Shown here: positions 1 through 10,728 of the stretch, one piece after another
How positions within the stretch are numbered: the stretch's first letter is position 1
Layout of the letters: each line of letters begins with the position of its first letter
Assembly: GCA_965217865.1 (NCBI GenBank)
Contig: CBDCJO010000002.1
Span: 1,088,001 to 1,152,000 of the forward strand
Direction of reading: 5' to 3'
Origin: Candidatus Latescibacterota bacterium
GTDB lineage: Bacteria; Latescibacterota; UBA2968; SICM01
DNA length: 64,000 bases
The notes under the pieces: model-generated
The model's database searches: none
What the model saw: only the letters and a program-made list of their open reading frames with translations
What the model was told of the DNA's origin: nothing
Translations under genes and position numbers: made by a program

Positions 1-233
1 CCGACCTGGTCCTTTACGGGGGCTCGGCCAGGCTTTACAGATCTCACGACGGTCTTAGAACGACTCGTCAGGTATTGGAAGCTGGCGGGACGATCACCGA
101 TATCGTATTCGCCCCGTCCGATCCCACCAACGTCTATACCGTTGCCGATGGATACTTCTTCTATAAAAGCACAGATTCCGGGGCCACCTTTTCCCTTGTC
201 AGGAACATACGCTCAGATGTATTGAACAATTGA
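1..233 (+). CDS. 3' end of a BNR/Asp-box beta-propeller protein (partial, runs off the window edge)
   Basis: Manual translation from position 3: ...LYRSHDGLRT...ITDIVFAPSDPTNVY...YKSTDSGATF...NN*, TGA at 231-233; SxDxGxTF Asp-box. Confidence 0.75.
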   Translation, partial: DLVLYGGSARLYRSHDGLRTTRQVLEAGGTITDIVFAPSDPTNVYTVADGYFFYKSTDSGATFSLVRNIRSDVLNN

Positions 234-288
234 TCCTGTGAAATACGAGTCTCTTACGGGACCTCTAATGATGTCAGAAATAGACGAT

Positions 289-317
289 GTCATTCTGAGC
301 GCCAGCGAAGAATCTCG
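289..317. repeat. REP-like hairpin
   Basis: GTCATTCTGAGCGCCAGCGAAGAATCTC, imperfect intergenic palindrome. Confidence 0.4.
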
Positions 318-319
318 GT

Positions 320-620
320 TTTACAGCGCCAAAGGCGCGTTGTCCCTTAACCCAGGCGAGCTGCCCTGGGTTGTGCGAAACAATAGCGTCGTGCGGCCTG
401 AAGGGCCGCGATAATTTCACATCGCCATCCCCATCCCTGTCCCGCATCCTGATTCATCTACGGTATGTGTGGGATGGATCCGGATCGCGGACCGTTGGCC
501 CGCTCGATTCGACCACACTCAAGCCCAGCCCGTTGGACTGGGCCAAGGAATCACGGGCCGTTGGCCCGCAGATGCGTCGCCTCATAGAACCTCGCTTTCT
601 ACCAAAAAACTAGGAAGATC
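320..620 (+). mobile_element. Repeat family A, copy 1: non-autonomous element, probably derived from an IS200/RAYT-type tnpA
   Basis: Aligns by eye to 14217-14417 (+) and 58521-58843 (-); hairpins CCCAGG..CCTGGG, GCGGCC-TGAAG-GGCCGC, CGGGCC-GTT-GGCCCG; core 431-475 reads PSLSRILIHL-RYVWD. Confidence 0.7.
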
Positions 621-641
621 CTAAAATAAAACGGAGATGAC

Positions 642-2209
642 ATGAATTTAGAGACCAATTTTCCCCCTTCGAAAGTCCCCCAAAGGACCTACCCCACCAC
701 ATTGGACGAACAACTAGAAAATCTGAAATCGGATCAACTGTTGGAACGATTCGCCAGGTCCCGAAAAAAGCTTTCCTCAGACCCATATCGTCCCGTCTAC
801 CATTATGTCAATCCCGAAGGGAGACTGAACGACCCGAACGGATTGTGTTGCTGGCAGGGACGGTATCACCTGTTTTATCAGGCCTATCCTCCCGAAGACA
901 CGCGCCAGCACTGGGGCCACGCGATCAGCGATGACCTGGTCAACTGGACGGACCTGCCCCTGGCCATCTATCCGGGAATCGAAGAGAAATGTTTCAGCGG
1001 AAGCACTCTCGTCGAGGAAGACCGCGTCATCGCCATCTACCACGGCAAGCTTGTGGGCAACATAGTCGCTGTGTCCAGCGACCCACTCCTTCTCAACTGG
1101 GAGAAAATCCCCGGCAATCCCGTTATCCCCTTGATGGAAGCGGATGAGATGGGACGCCCCTACCGTGTGTTCGATCCCTGTATTTGGAAAGAAGCGGAGG
1201 GCTACTACTCGCTCTCCGGCAATCACTGGGACGGAACCTTCTTCGGCGACTGCAGAATGGTGCAACACCTCTTCTTCTCACAGGACCTCAGGCGTTGGAA
1301 ATATTTGGGCCCGTTCGTGGAAGGCGATATCTTCACCAGCCCGGGTGAGGATGGCGCTGTCCCCTACTTCTGGCCGATCGGCGATAAATATATCCTCGTG
1401 TTCGCCAGCCACCAGCGGGGGTCGCAATACCTGGTTGGAGATTATGACAAGCTGCATCACAAATTCAAACCCTTCGCCCACGGCCGGTTCAACTTCGGCC
1501 CCATCGATCCTGGCGGTGTCCACGCCCCATCGGTCACTCCCGATGGAGCAGGCGGCCTGTACGTCATCCATAACATCAATGGCGGCAAACCGACTGAGGT
1601 TGGGACCATATCATGTCCATCGTTCGTGTGTTGACACTGCGTGAAGACAAAACCCTGGAGATAGAGCCCATCCCCAAGATCGATTCGCTCCGATCTGACC
1701 ATCGGATCGTCGGGGAAACGAACCTGCCCGCAAATCAGGAGATCGTGCTCGAGGATGTGGCCGGGAACGCTGTAGAACTTGTCGCGGAAATCGATCCGAA
1801 AGAGGCGCGGGAAGTCTGCATCAACGTTCTCCGCTCTCCGGATAACGAGGAGCATACAGCCGTTAAATTCTACAAACATGGCCATATGAGTGCGAACAAA
1901 GATGGCCAAAAATACAGGAAAGACGCGCTTACCATCGATCCGTCCCGGTCATCCCTGCTTCCCGACGTGCTCTCACGTCCTCCGGAAGTGGCGCCCTTCG
2001 AGCTCGAAGACGGTGAAACCCTCAAGCTTCGGATCTTTATAGACAAAAGCGTGGTCGAAGTCTTCGCCAACAACAGACAGGTCCTCGCCCTCAGGGTTTA
2101 CCCCGGACGGAAGGACAGCGTGGGCGTGTCCGTCCGTGCCCAGGGTCGAGATGCCGTCCTGAAGTCCCTCGAAGCCTGGCAGATGAAGAGCATATATACG
2201 CAGGATTGA
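642..2209 (+). CDS. Glycoside hydrolase family 32-like protein, split by one frameshift near 1598
   Basis: LNDPNG, YHLFYQ, WGHA, FSGS and FDP motifs in ORF 642-1634; C-terminal LRIFIDKSVVEVFAN in ORF 1613-2209; adding one G to GAGGTTGG restores EGWDHIMS. Confidence 0.85.
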
Positions 2210-2257
2210 GTGGGGATTCCAGTCGACCGCAGAAGACAGTCTGCGAATGGGAAAATC

Positions 2258-3982
2258 ATGCCCGGACAGCACCACAGAAGAAGAAAAGGAAGACACCGCG
2301 GAGCTGCGGCAAAGGCCAACGCGGATCTGATGAGCCACGTGGTCTCCCTGGGGCTTGAAGGCGTTGAACAGTACAGAAACTGGTGCCGGGAGCACGGGTT
2401 TACAGGGGCCTTGAACAAAGGCTGGCAGGAACGGCGGAAGGAACGCACAGCCGCCAGACGGGAAGTGGGGCGAAAAAAAGTCGACGCCTCGCTCAGGAAG
2501 CACATCGAGGCCCTTGGATTGGAGACCCTCGAAGAATATAGGGCCTGGTGCCTGGCACAGGGACTGAGTCAGGGAAGCCGAAAGGCCTCCCGTCAACGCC
2601 GAAAAGAGCTGGAACTGGCCATTCGCCTGAAGAACCAGACCGTGCTGTCCGGGATGAAGCAGCACGCGCGCCGGCCTCAGACGACGATACAGCAGATCTA
2701 CGCAGGAGATGTGGATGTCGGGGAACTGCGTCTCCCCTATCTTCAAAAAGTCCAGGAGGCATTCGCGGGGCATGAAGACGATCCGCATGCCCGAAAAGCC
2801 CTCCAGAGGTTAATGAACCACTCGATGGACTACGCGGACCTCTTTGGGGTGAAGCCTGCCCTTTCCGGATTGGGTCAAGAGACCGGGAATACGTTCATTG
2901 AGGGGATGAGCGAATTGGCGAGACATCATAACGACTGGATCCGTCCGGTGGAAAACTGGCGTCCGAAAACGCACAACTCCAGACGGCAGTTCGGATCGCT
3001 TGCACGCCATCTCCTTGCGAAATATGATGTCCCCCCCTTCATGGATGCCGTGTGGCTCCTGGGAGACCGTCAGGAAGCCCGGTTGCGACAGGCATGGTTC
3101 AAGCATATAGGGGTCGGCCACAACATTTGGACCACGGATCTGCCCGTCAACCTGACCAAGAAGATGGCCCACGTCTTTCTCCATGCCCCCGCATATCAAA
3201 CGGTTGATGAAGCGTTGCGTCGCGGCCAGATCCTGGGGCTTGGAGGGGACGAGCGTTTGGTGCGGGAGGTGATCGGGACCCGTCTTGGCGCCTCGTTTGA
3301 AAACGAGGCCTTCTGGAGCACCGTGATCCATTTCTTTGTGAACCACCCGTTCCTGGATCCGGATCAGGTGGGACCGATCGTGGACTACATCCACAACCAG
3401 AAGTACGTGCCCCAGGAGATCGTGGGCCCGGGGGGCGTGATCGAGCACGGAAATCCTCCTCAACCCAACTTCGCGATGAAAGGTCGGAGCGTGAATAAGC
3501 TGGTCCGTCTGGTCGAGGGTTGGCACCGCCGGCTGGGAAAGGAAACGCGGATCCCGAATAAGCAATGGTCCCCTTCAACCATATTCCCCTTTAACCTCAC
3601 TGAAAAGAAGGGCGGCGCAGGTGTGGAGGTTCGCTGGTCCATTCAGGAATTACTCTCAACTCGGGAACTCACGGCCGAAGGGCGAGTCATGCACCACTGC
3701 GTCGGGTCATACGCGAATAACTGTCAACGCGGAAAAACATCGGTCTGGTCGATGCAGGTGGAGGACACCGAGGGGGTAAATCTTCGGGTGATGACAATCG
3801 CCCTTAAGAACCGGAACATCTCTCAGGCGCGCGGCAAATACAATGCACTGCCCAGCGGAAAGATCCGGAGCGGAAAGCAGCGCGCGATGGCGAAATTATA
3901 TCGGGAATACCTGAAGCAATCCAGACGAATCCTGCACCTGTGGGTCGAACAGGAAGGCCTTTTAATGCCCCGATATGTCTAG
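2258..3982 (+). CDS. PcfJ-domain protein with a duplicated N-terminal LGL..E.YR.WC...G motif
   Basis: C-terminal ELTAEGRVMHHCVGSYANNC and ISQARGKYN match PcfJ-like motifs; ATG at 2258 (track uses GTG 2210). Confidence 0.75.
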   Translation: MPGQHHRRRKGRHRGAAAKANADLMSHVVSLGLEGVEQYRNWCREHGFTGALNKGWQERRKERTAARREVGRKKVDASLRKHIEALGLETLEEYRAWCLAQGLSQGSRKASRQRRKELELAIRLKNQTVLSGMKQHARRPQTTIQQIYAGDVDVGELRLPYLQKVQEAFAGHEDDPHARKALQRLMNHSMDYADLFGVKPALSGLGQETGNTFIEGMSELARHHNDWIRPVENWRPKTHNSRRQFGSLARHLLAKYDVPPFMDAVWLLGDRQEARLRQAWFKHIGVGHNIWTTDLPVNLTKKMAHVFLHAPAYQTVDEALRRGQILGLGGDERLVREVIGTRLGASFENEAFWSTVIHFFVNHPFLDPDQVGPIVDYIHNQKYVPQEIVGPGGVIEHGNPPQPNFAMKGRSVNKLVRLVEGWHRRLGKETRIPNKQWSPSTIFPFNLTEKKGGAGVEVRWSIQELLSTRELTAEGRVMHHCVGSYANNCQRGKTSVWSMQVEDTEGVNLRVMTIALKNRNISQARGKYNALPSGKIRSGKQRAMAKLYREYLKQSRRILHLWVEQEGLLMPRYV

Positions 3983-4029
3983 CGGACCACGTTCGCCTAA
4001 ACAAAAGTGAATCGAAGGGGAGTTGCTCA

Positions 4030-5783
4030 TTGATAGGCGATTTTTTCACATTCGCAAAGAACCGCCGGACCGCCTGCACCATCGTCGTGGGTTCAAAAAG
4101 CGACAAAGAAGAAATGGATTCCGCCTGTGTCCTGGTAAACGCCATCAGAGAACTGAGTGGGACGGGACCTGACGTAATCGAACAAGGTGAGATCCAGAAA
4201 ACCGATGGCCTGGTCCTGATAGGCACCTTGCGATCCAATCCCATCATACTGGCTGAAGAGTCCGTCATAACAACACAGAAAGAAATCGAAGCGTCGGGCT
4301 ATGTGCGAAAGCTCTCCTCCGAGGACCTCGGTCCCCAGGGCTTTGTGATTTACAAGCCCGGCAAAAAGGACGGCCCTTTTTCCGATTCCCTTGTCCTGAC
4401 AGCAAACACATCCACCGGTCTGTTCTACGCCGTCAGCACGCTGGTGGACCGGCTCCACAATGAAGACGGTCGCTTGATCGTGGACGGTTTGAACACCAGA
4501 CTGATCCCAGTCGTCAATCTGCCTGCCTTTGCACACCGAAGTGTTTTCACCGGCCTGGGAGGCCCGGAGTGGATGGGGCCAGGACAGTATATGAAGGAGT
4601 TCGGCTACGACTACAAGGCGTTCATAGACTGGCTGTCCGAGCACAAATTCAACAATCTCCTGATCCACAACTTTGCGAATCTCTGTTGGGGGATAAACTA
4701 TGAATCAGAACGGTTCCCCGAGCTGATAAATCGTTTCCACCCCAACGTGAAGCAAGAGTTTATGGGTGAGCTGATCCGATATGCACACGAGCGACACATT
4801 GAGATCTTCTTCGGCATGGACATACCCGACAACTGGTCCGGTTTTATCAACGTTTATCCGGACCTGGCGGGAGCAAACGTAGACTGGGAATACTTTCCCA
4901 GGGGTCAGGATTGGGATGCCTTTGCGGAAGGGACAGGTGATTGGCGGCCAGTTGGGTTTGTCTCACTCAGCCTCGCGTGAAGGCGTTCTGGCGGGATTAC
5001 TGGACCGAAGTCCTTGACCGTTATCCGGAAGTCGACGGGATCGGCGGGCAGTTCAGCGAGCACCTCAATATATGTAATTGTGAGAGATGCTCACGGGCGG
5101 GATTTTTTGATCTGGCCACGGAATATTTCGGAACGATGGAGGAACTCGCTCGATCCAGGAATCCCGACCTCAAGCTCTGGCTCTGGGGGGTCCCCGGTGT
5201 TCGGGATATCATAAAGCGCAAGTCGGAAATACCCAACCTGGTACTCATTGACTGGGGGCTGAGCTTTCAGCCATTCTTTTTGAATCAAATCGTGCCCAAG
5301 AGCGATTGGTACCTGTGCCACGGAGGCGGTCATATCCTCGACTTTGCAATCAAGCGGTTTTGCACCACCTTCAACAGACTCGGGCTCAAAGGGGTCCAAA
5401 TCCGTGGTGTGGAGTTCAAGGAGGGGGACCGAAATTATCAGTCCTTCGAGGAGTTTATGTGGAACCCGCAGCTCTCCCTGGAGGATTATGCGCATCACTA
5501 CACGATCAAACAACTCAGGAAAAAGGACAAAAAAGTAACCGATGCATATTACTACCTGATTAAGGCACAGGGTTACTCCGAACTCCTCAGTTACCAGGGC
5601 GGTGAACCCGGCGCGACCACGTGGTGCCGAGAAGAGCAGTACACGGAAAAATTCGAAACCGCACTCAAAAGGTTGAAGGAAATCCTGGAAGGTATATCCA
5701 CAGATCACCCATTCGTCAGGTGGCTCAGAGTTCAGGGTGAGATCATCGATTCTACATCACCACAACCGGATCATCCTGATTAG
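4030..5783 (+). CDS. Putative glycoside hydrolase (GH20/GH67-like N-terminal domain plus TIM barrel), frameshift near 4945-4975
   Basis: LGPQGFVI...LVLTANTSTGLFYAVSTL...PAFAHRS; second half CLTQP...YPEVDGIG...CNCERC in another frame; TTG start after GGGGAG. Confidence 0.6.
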
Positions 5784-5854
5784 TGTACCCTTTCCGGGAA
5801 TGTCTCCCAACCTGATCCTACCGCGGCCTTTGCTTCACTCAGGAGTAACAAAAA

Positions 5855-7334
5855 GTGACACAATCTGAAAAGAAATCCAGAATCGCCGAGCTGGTTCGGA
5901 ACGACCCGCAGGCTCCCCGGTATCATTTCATCGCCCCCGAAGGCCCTTGCGCCCCGTTCGATCCGAACGGGGCGATCTTTTGGGAAAGGGAACTACCACC
6001 TCTTCTACATATTTCAAGACGAGGCATTGCCTCAGGGGGGACACTGTTGGGGCCACGCTTCGAGCCCCGACATGTTGCACTGGACGTTCCATCCCACACG
6101 CCTTGGCACCGGGTCCGGACGATCCTGATGTCGGAATATTCAGTGGCGGCGCGTTCGTGAATAAGAACGGAGTCCCGACCATCATCTATCACGGCGTTAA
6201 GGCGGGGACCTGTATCGCCACCGCCGAGGACGACGACCTGATCCGCTGGCGAAAAAGCCCTCACAATCCCGTAATCCCGATCCCGAAAGAAGGAGATGAA
6301 GGCTGGGGGGTTTATAACGTGTTCGACCCCCACGCCTGGATGGATGGCGATACCACCTATGTCATACTCGGCGGCATGGTGAAACCGCACGACATCCGTG
6401 ATACAGCTTATCTGTTCAAATCATCGGATCTGATCCAATGGGACTATGTGGGACCTTTTTATAACCCGGATCCCGACTGGACAGACGAGAGTGAAGACTG
6501 CGCGTGCCCGGACTTCTTCAAAATTGATGATCGACACATGCTTCTCTGCATCAGCCACCGGCGCGGGACACGCTACTATCTGGGGGGCTTCAAAACGGGA
6601 CGTTTGTCCCCGAGGAGCACCATCGCATGAACTGGCCCGGCGGTTCCTGTTTTGCGCCGGAAAGCCTGTTGGATGACCGCGGTCGGCTCATCTTCTGGGC
6701 GTGGGTGCTTGACCAGCGCAAGGGTGAGGGGGTCGTGGCAAGGGAACTCGGCGTGATGGCCTTACCCAGAATGTTGTCACTGGACCCCCACGGGCGCCTC
6801 CGGATCGAACCCCCGGAGGAATTGGAATCACTTCGACGAAATCACCGTCGTAGGGAGAGCCTCTCCGTAGACCCCGATCAGGAGATGCGCCTTGACGACA
6901 TCGAAGGCGACGTCATCGAGCTAAATCTGGAGGCGTCTGTTCCCGCGGGTGGTCTGTTCGGGTTAAAGGTGCGCGTGACACCCGATTCTACAGAGCAGAC
7001 AGTCATCACCGTGGACACATCGGCTAATACCCTTTCGATCGATACGACACGTTCGAGCCTGAATCCGAAGATCTTTCAACGATATCCGATCACCCGGGGA
7101 GATGGGGGACAGGATGTACGCATCCAGACTGCTCCGTTCGAGCTGAGCTCCGGTGAACCCCTCCGGTTGCGAATTTTTCTGGACAAATCGATACTCGAGG
7201 TGTATGCCAACCGCCGCCAATGCGTCACTCAGAGAATCTACCCGACCAGGGAGGACAGCCTCGGTCTTGTCCTGTTCAGCAGTGGCGGAACGACGAGGGT
7301 GGATTCGATAGACGCGTGGGACATGGCGTGCTGA
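5855..7334 (+). CDS. Glycoside hydrolase family 32-like protein with three apparent frameshifts (about 5983, 6098, 6593)
   Basis: PFDPNG, YHLFY, CWGHASS, FSGG, FDP, EDCACPDFF, FAPESL and LRIFLDKSILEVYAN are spread over ORFs 5855, 5947 and 6627. Confidence 0.8.
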
Positions 7335-7374
7335 AACACCGATTGAACTTCTTGAGCAGGTTGTTCCCTTGGAC

Positions 7375-8592
7375 ATGAAATGGCGTATATTATTTACGCT
7401 TTCATTGGCGGAGTTGCTCGGAATGGCATTGTGGTTCTCGGCCTCCGCCGTGTCACCCGCATTGACGGCCGAGTGGGGCCTGGACGACGCCGGCAGGGCA
7501 TGGTTGACCATCTCGGTACAAATCGGGTTTGTGGTTGGCACATTTATAAGCGCCCTCCTGAATCTCTCCGACGTTTTCAATGCGCGATACCTCTTTTCGA
7601 TAAGCGCGTTTTCGGGAGCGATTTTTAACGGCGCCATCGGTTTGTTCGTAAACAGCATCGAACCCGCCCTTGCGCTGCGTTTTTTTACCGGTGTTTGTCT
7701 TGCGGGTGTTTATCCCCCCGGCATGAAAATTATGGCCTCCTGGTTCAAAGAGGGGCGAGGGATGGCAATCGGTATGCTGGTAGGTGCATTGACGATCGGA
7801 TCTGCTTTGCCCCACCTGTTGAAAGTCCTCGGAAATCCGGATTGGCGGGAGATGATGATCACGGCCTCCATCTCGTCCCTCATCGCAGGCCTGATCTGTC
7901 TCATTTATGTAAAAGATGGTCCCTACTTCGCCAGAGGGGCCAAGTTCGACTGGCGCGTAGTCGGACGGGCGTTCAGCGATCAAGGCGTTCGGCTGGCGAA
8001 TTTCGGATATTTGGGCCACATGTGGGAGCTGTATGCGGTTTGGACGTGGATACCGATATTCCTCTTCGAAAGTTTCAGGGAAAGCGGTCTGGCCTCTGCG
8101 TCTGCGTGGTCCGCGGTCGGCGGATTCGCTGTCATCGGAATTGGAGGGATCGGGTGCGTCATCGCGGGCATCCTCGCCGATCGTTTTGGCCGCACGACGA
8201 TTACGATCGTATCGATGCTCATCAGCGGCTCATGCTGCATTGCGGCCGGGATGTTTTACGGCGGCAGTCCTTTTCTTCTCCTGATCGTGTGTCTCATTTG
8301 GGGATTTGCCATCGTCTCAGATTCAGCGCAGTTTTCAGCAAGTGTTACCGAGCTGGCGGACCCCTCTTATATCGGCACCGCACTGACCCTGCAAACATGC
8401 TTGGGCTTTTCGTTGACCCTGATCTCCATTCGGTTGATTCCTGTATTGGTCGAATGGGTGTCCTGGCAGTGGGTTTTTGCGTTTCTCGCCATCGGACCTT
8501 TCTTGGGCATCCTGTCGATGGGTCGCCTCAAGCGCCTTCCAGTGGCTGAAAAAATTGGGGGTGAAAATAGGACCTCAATTTCAAGGGTTTGA
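7375..8592 (+). CDS. MFS transporter
   Basis: About 12 hydrophobic segments; GILADRFGR MFS motif A; GYLGHMWELYA. Confidence 0.9.
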   Translation: MKWRILFTLSLAELLGMALWFSASAVSPALTAEWGLDDAGRAWLTISVQIGFVVGTFISALLNLSDVFNARYLFSISAFSGAIFNGAIGLFVNSIEPALALRFFTGVCLAGVYPPGMKIMASWFKEGRGMAIGMLVGALTIGSALPHLLKVLGNPDWREMMITASISSLIAGLICLIYVKDGPYFARGAKFDWRVVGRAFSDQGVRLANFGYLGHMWELYAVWTWIPIFLFESFRESGLASASAWSAVGGFAVIGIGGIGCVIAGILADRFGRTTITIVSMLISGSCCIAAGMFYGGSPFLLLIVCLIWGFAIVSDSAQFSASVTELADPSYIGTALTLQTCLGFSLTLISIRLIPVLVEWVSWQWVFAFLAIGPFLGILSMGRLKRLPVAEKIGGENRTSISRV

Positions 8593-8627
8593 CGAACCAC
8601 GCATCGGATTCAATTAGGAGAAAGACT

Positions 8628-9629
8628 ATGGCGAAAGGATTCCAGGCATCCATCCTAGGGACAAACGTAATCTGCAAAGAACCCGGAAGGTACATCGGAT
8701 GGCCAACGATCACCAGGACACGGGGCGGGGAGCTGATCGTCGTCTTTTCCGGAGATCGTGATCTCCACATCTGCCCCTGGGGCAAGACGGAGCTTGTCCG
8801 GAGTCCGGATATGGGGAAAACCTGGACCGCTCCCGTAACCATTAGAAATACCCCGCTCGACGATCGCGATGCCGGAATTATAGAGACTCTGAGCGGGACC
8901 CTCCTGGTCAGCTGGTTTACATCCCTGGCCTTCGAGCGAAAACCCGATTACGTCAATCACGCCAAAACCCTGACTCCGGAGATGCGGGAAAAGTGGCTCG
9001 GCAACTGGGTCCACCGCTCTGAAGACGGGGGTAATACCTGGATCGAACCCGTCAGAACGCACGTGACCGCACCCCACGGTCCGATTCAGACGAAAGACGG
9101 CCGGTTGATCTATCTTGGTAACTTGGAAGTAGATGGAGAACTGGGTGTCGCCGCGGAGGCATCCAAGGACGAAGGAAGGAACTGGGAGGTGATGGGAATC
9201 ATTCCGCTTACGGATCATCTACGGTTGAACGAACTCTGCGAGCCGCACCTCGTAGAAATCCCGGACGGCCGGCTTATCGGAATGTTCCGAAGTGAAGCAC
9301 CCGATTTAAATCAGCGCTACCTCTATCAGTCCGAGAGCTCCGACGGCGGACGCACCTGGGCGGAGCCTTGGATTACCCCCATCTGGGGTTATCCGCCTCA
9401 TCTGATCCGGCTGAGCAACGGATTGCTGATCGTCGTATACGGCAGACGCCTTCCACCGTATGGCGAACGGGCTTGCATCAGTCGAGACGACGGCGCGACG
9501 TGGGGCACCGAAAATGAGATCACGATATCCGAAGCGCCGAACGGCGATCTCGGCTATCCGGCCTCCGCTGAGCTCGAAGACGGCTCGATCCTGACCGTCT
9601 ACTATCAGATCGACCGGCCCGGCGATTAA
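8628..9629 (+). CDS. BNR/sialidase-like beta-propeller protein
   Basis: Asp-boxes SPDMGKTW, SEDGGNTW, SKDEGRNW, SSDGGRTW, SRDDGATW; DLGYP; ATG 8628 after AGGAG. Confidence 0.85.
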   Translation: MAKGFQASILGTNVICKEPGRYIGWPTITRTRGGELIVVFSGDRDLHICPWGKTELVRSPDMGKTWTAPVTIRNTPLDDRDAGIIETLSGTLLVSWFTSLAFERKPDYVNHAKTLTPEMREKWLGNWVHRSEDGGNTWIEPVRTHVTAPHGPIQTKDGRLIYLGNLEVDGELGVAAEASKDEGRNWEVMGIIPLTDHLRLNELCEPHLVEIPDGRLIGMFRSEAPDLNQRYLYQSESSDGGRTWAEPWITPIWGYPPHLIRLSNGLLIVVYGRRLPPYGERACISRDDGATWGTENEITISEAPNGDLGYPASAELEDGSILTVYYQIDRPGD

Positions 9630-9736
9630 GGGGCATAAGGGTGCGGCCTACTTCTGTGCTCAACTCAGTTTCGGTCCGCATTTCAAATCAAAATGATTTC
9701 TACTTGAATGTCAAGACCTTTTTAACTGCAACAACA

Positions 9737-9826
9737 TCAATCTTCCAATTTTCAATCTTAAATCTTCAATTTCCTCTGACCCCCGACCCCCGATCCCCAA
9801 TCCTCAATCTTCAATCTTCAATTTCA
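9737..9826 (+). repeat. Degenerate heptamer tandem-repeat tract (TCAATCT / CCCCGAC types)
   Basis: TCAATCTTCAATCTTCAATTT and CTGACCCCCGACCCCCGATCCCC; supplies the stop codon of the minus-strand TPR gene. Confidence 0.75.
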
Positions 9827-10697
9827 AAGAGTCCTGTGCCAATTCGAGAACCTCCAGAGACTGCTCCCTGGTGACGTTTGGAAAATCGTTTAAAAACCCC
9901 TCAAGGCTGTCCCCCGATTCCAGATAATCGATCAGAGTCTTGACCGGTACCCGGGTACCTTTGAAGACCGGCGTCCCTCCGAGAACCTCCCTGGACGATT
10001 CGATCACCCGATCCATCCGCAGCGTCCTGCTCTCGGGCCCGGGGCTGTCTTCTTTTTCAGCGCCCCCTTCTTTTTTCTCCCTCCGCCTCTTCGCCGCAAG
10101 TGACCTCTTGAGACTCGTCAGAAGTTCATCCGCCTTTTTGCCCTCTTCATCGGAGGCCAGGTCCTGATACCTGGAAAGGGCATCCACTGCCGGTCCGTAG
10201 TCCTCGTTCATCGCGTGGACCAGTCCCAGATTGAAATAGATATTCGCGGAGCCGGGTTCGATCTCCGCGGAGATCTCATAGTGCAGTCTGGCTAGCCTCA
10301 AATCCCCGGCCTCGAAATATAAGTTCGCCAGGTTAAAGTGTGATTCCACGTGCCGCGAATCGTGTTTCAAGGAACTCGTGAAGCATTCGATCGCCTTCAC
10401 GGCTCGTCCGCTCTGGGACTCCAGGACCCCCAGGTTGCAGTAGGCGTCCGCCGTACAGTCACCATCCGAGATCGCCTTCCGGTAAAGATCCCTGGCCCTC
10501 GGGTTTCCCTCTTCGTCCAGAATCAACGCCTCTTCGAACGGGCTGAACGATGTGGGCAGCGGGACGATTTTTCCACCCGGAGCGGCGAAGAGGTTGAACT
10601 GGCCGAGGGACTCAAGATCGATCTTTTTGCGTTTCTTGACCCGCTTGAAACCGAATTTGGACGGAACCCTGGCCGGGAATTTAAGTATTTTTGCCAT
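9804..10697 (-). CDS. TPR protein with N-terminal QFNLF motif and C-terminal DUF433 domain
   Basis: TPR helices AYCNLG, SHFNLA, IYFNLG; GGTPVFKGTRVPV...YLESG.SLE.FL.DFP is the DUF433 signature (9804-10016). Confidence 0.8.
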   Translation of the reverse strand: MAKILKFPARVPSKFGFKRVKKRKKIDLESLGQFNLFAAPGGKIVPLPTSFSPFEEALILDEEGNPRARDLYRKAISDGDCTADAYCNLGVLESQSGRAVKAIECFTSSLKHDSRHVESHFNLANLYFEAGDLRLARLHYEISAEIEPGSANIYFNLGLVHAMNEDYGPAVDALSRYQDLASDEEGKKADELLTSLKRSLAAKRRREKKEGGAEKEDSPGPESRTLRMDRVIESSREVLGGTPVFKGTRVPVKTLIDYLESGDSLEGFLNDFPNVTREQSLEVLELAQDSLKLKIED

Positions 10698-10728
10698 AGA
10701 TGCTCTCGACTTGTCTTTTCAAAGAACC

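Noticed and set aside
371-613. 80-aa ORF as a functional gene
   Set aside because: Lies within repeat A; only the 15-codon core is protein-like, and the frame is not preserved across copies.
642-7334. Frameshifts as programmed recoding or true pseudogenes (also 41394-43108)
   Set aside because: Most are single-base indels in short homopolymers with otherwise intact reading frames and no in-frame stops, which is typical of long-read error; read-level data are needed to decide.
9627-9640. TAAGGGGCATAAGG resembling IS630 sequence near 15519-15531, at the abrupt end of the BNR gene
   Set aside because: The match is too short to distinguish from chance, and there is no IS terminus nearby.
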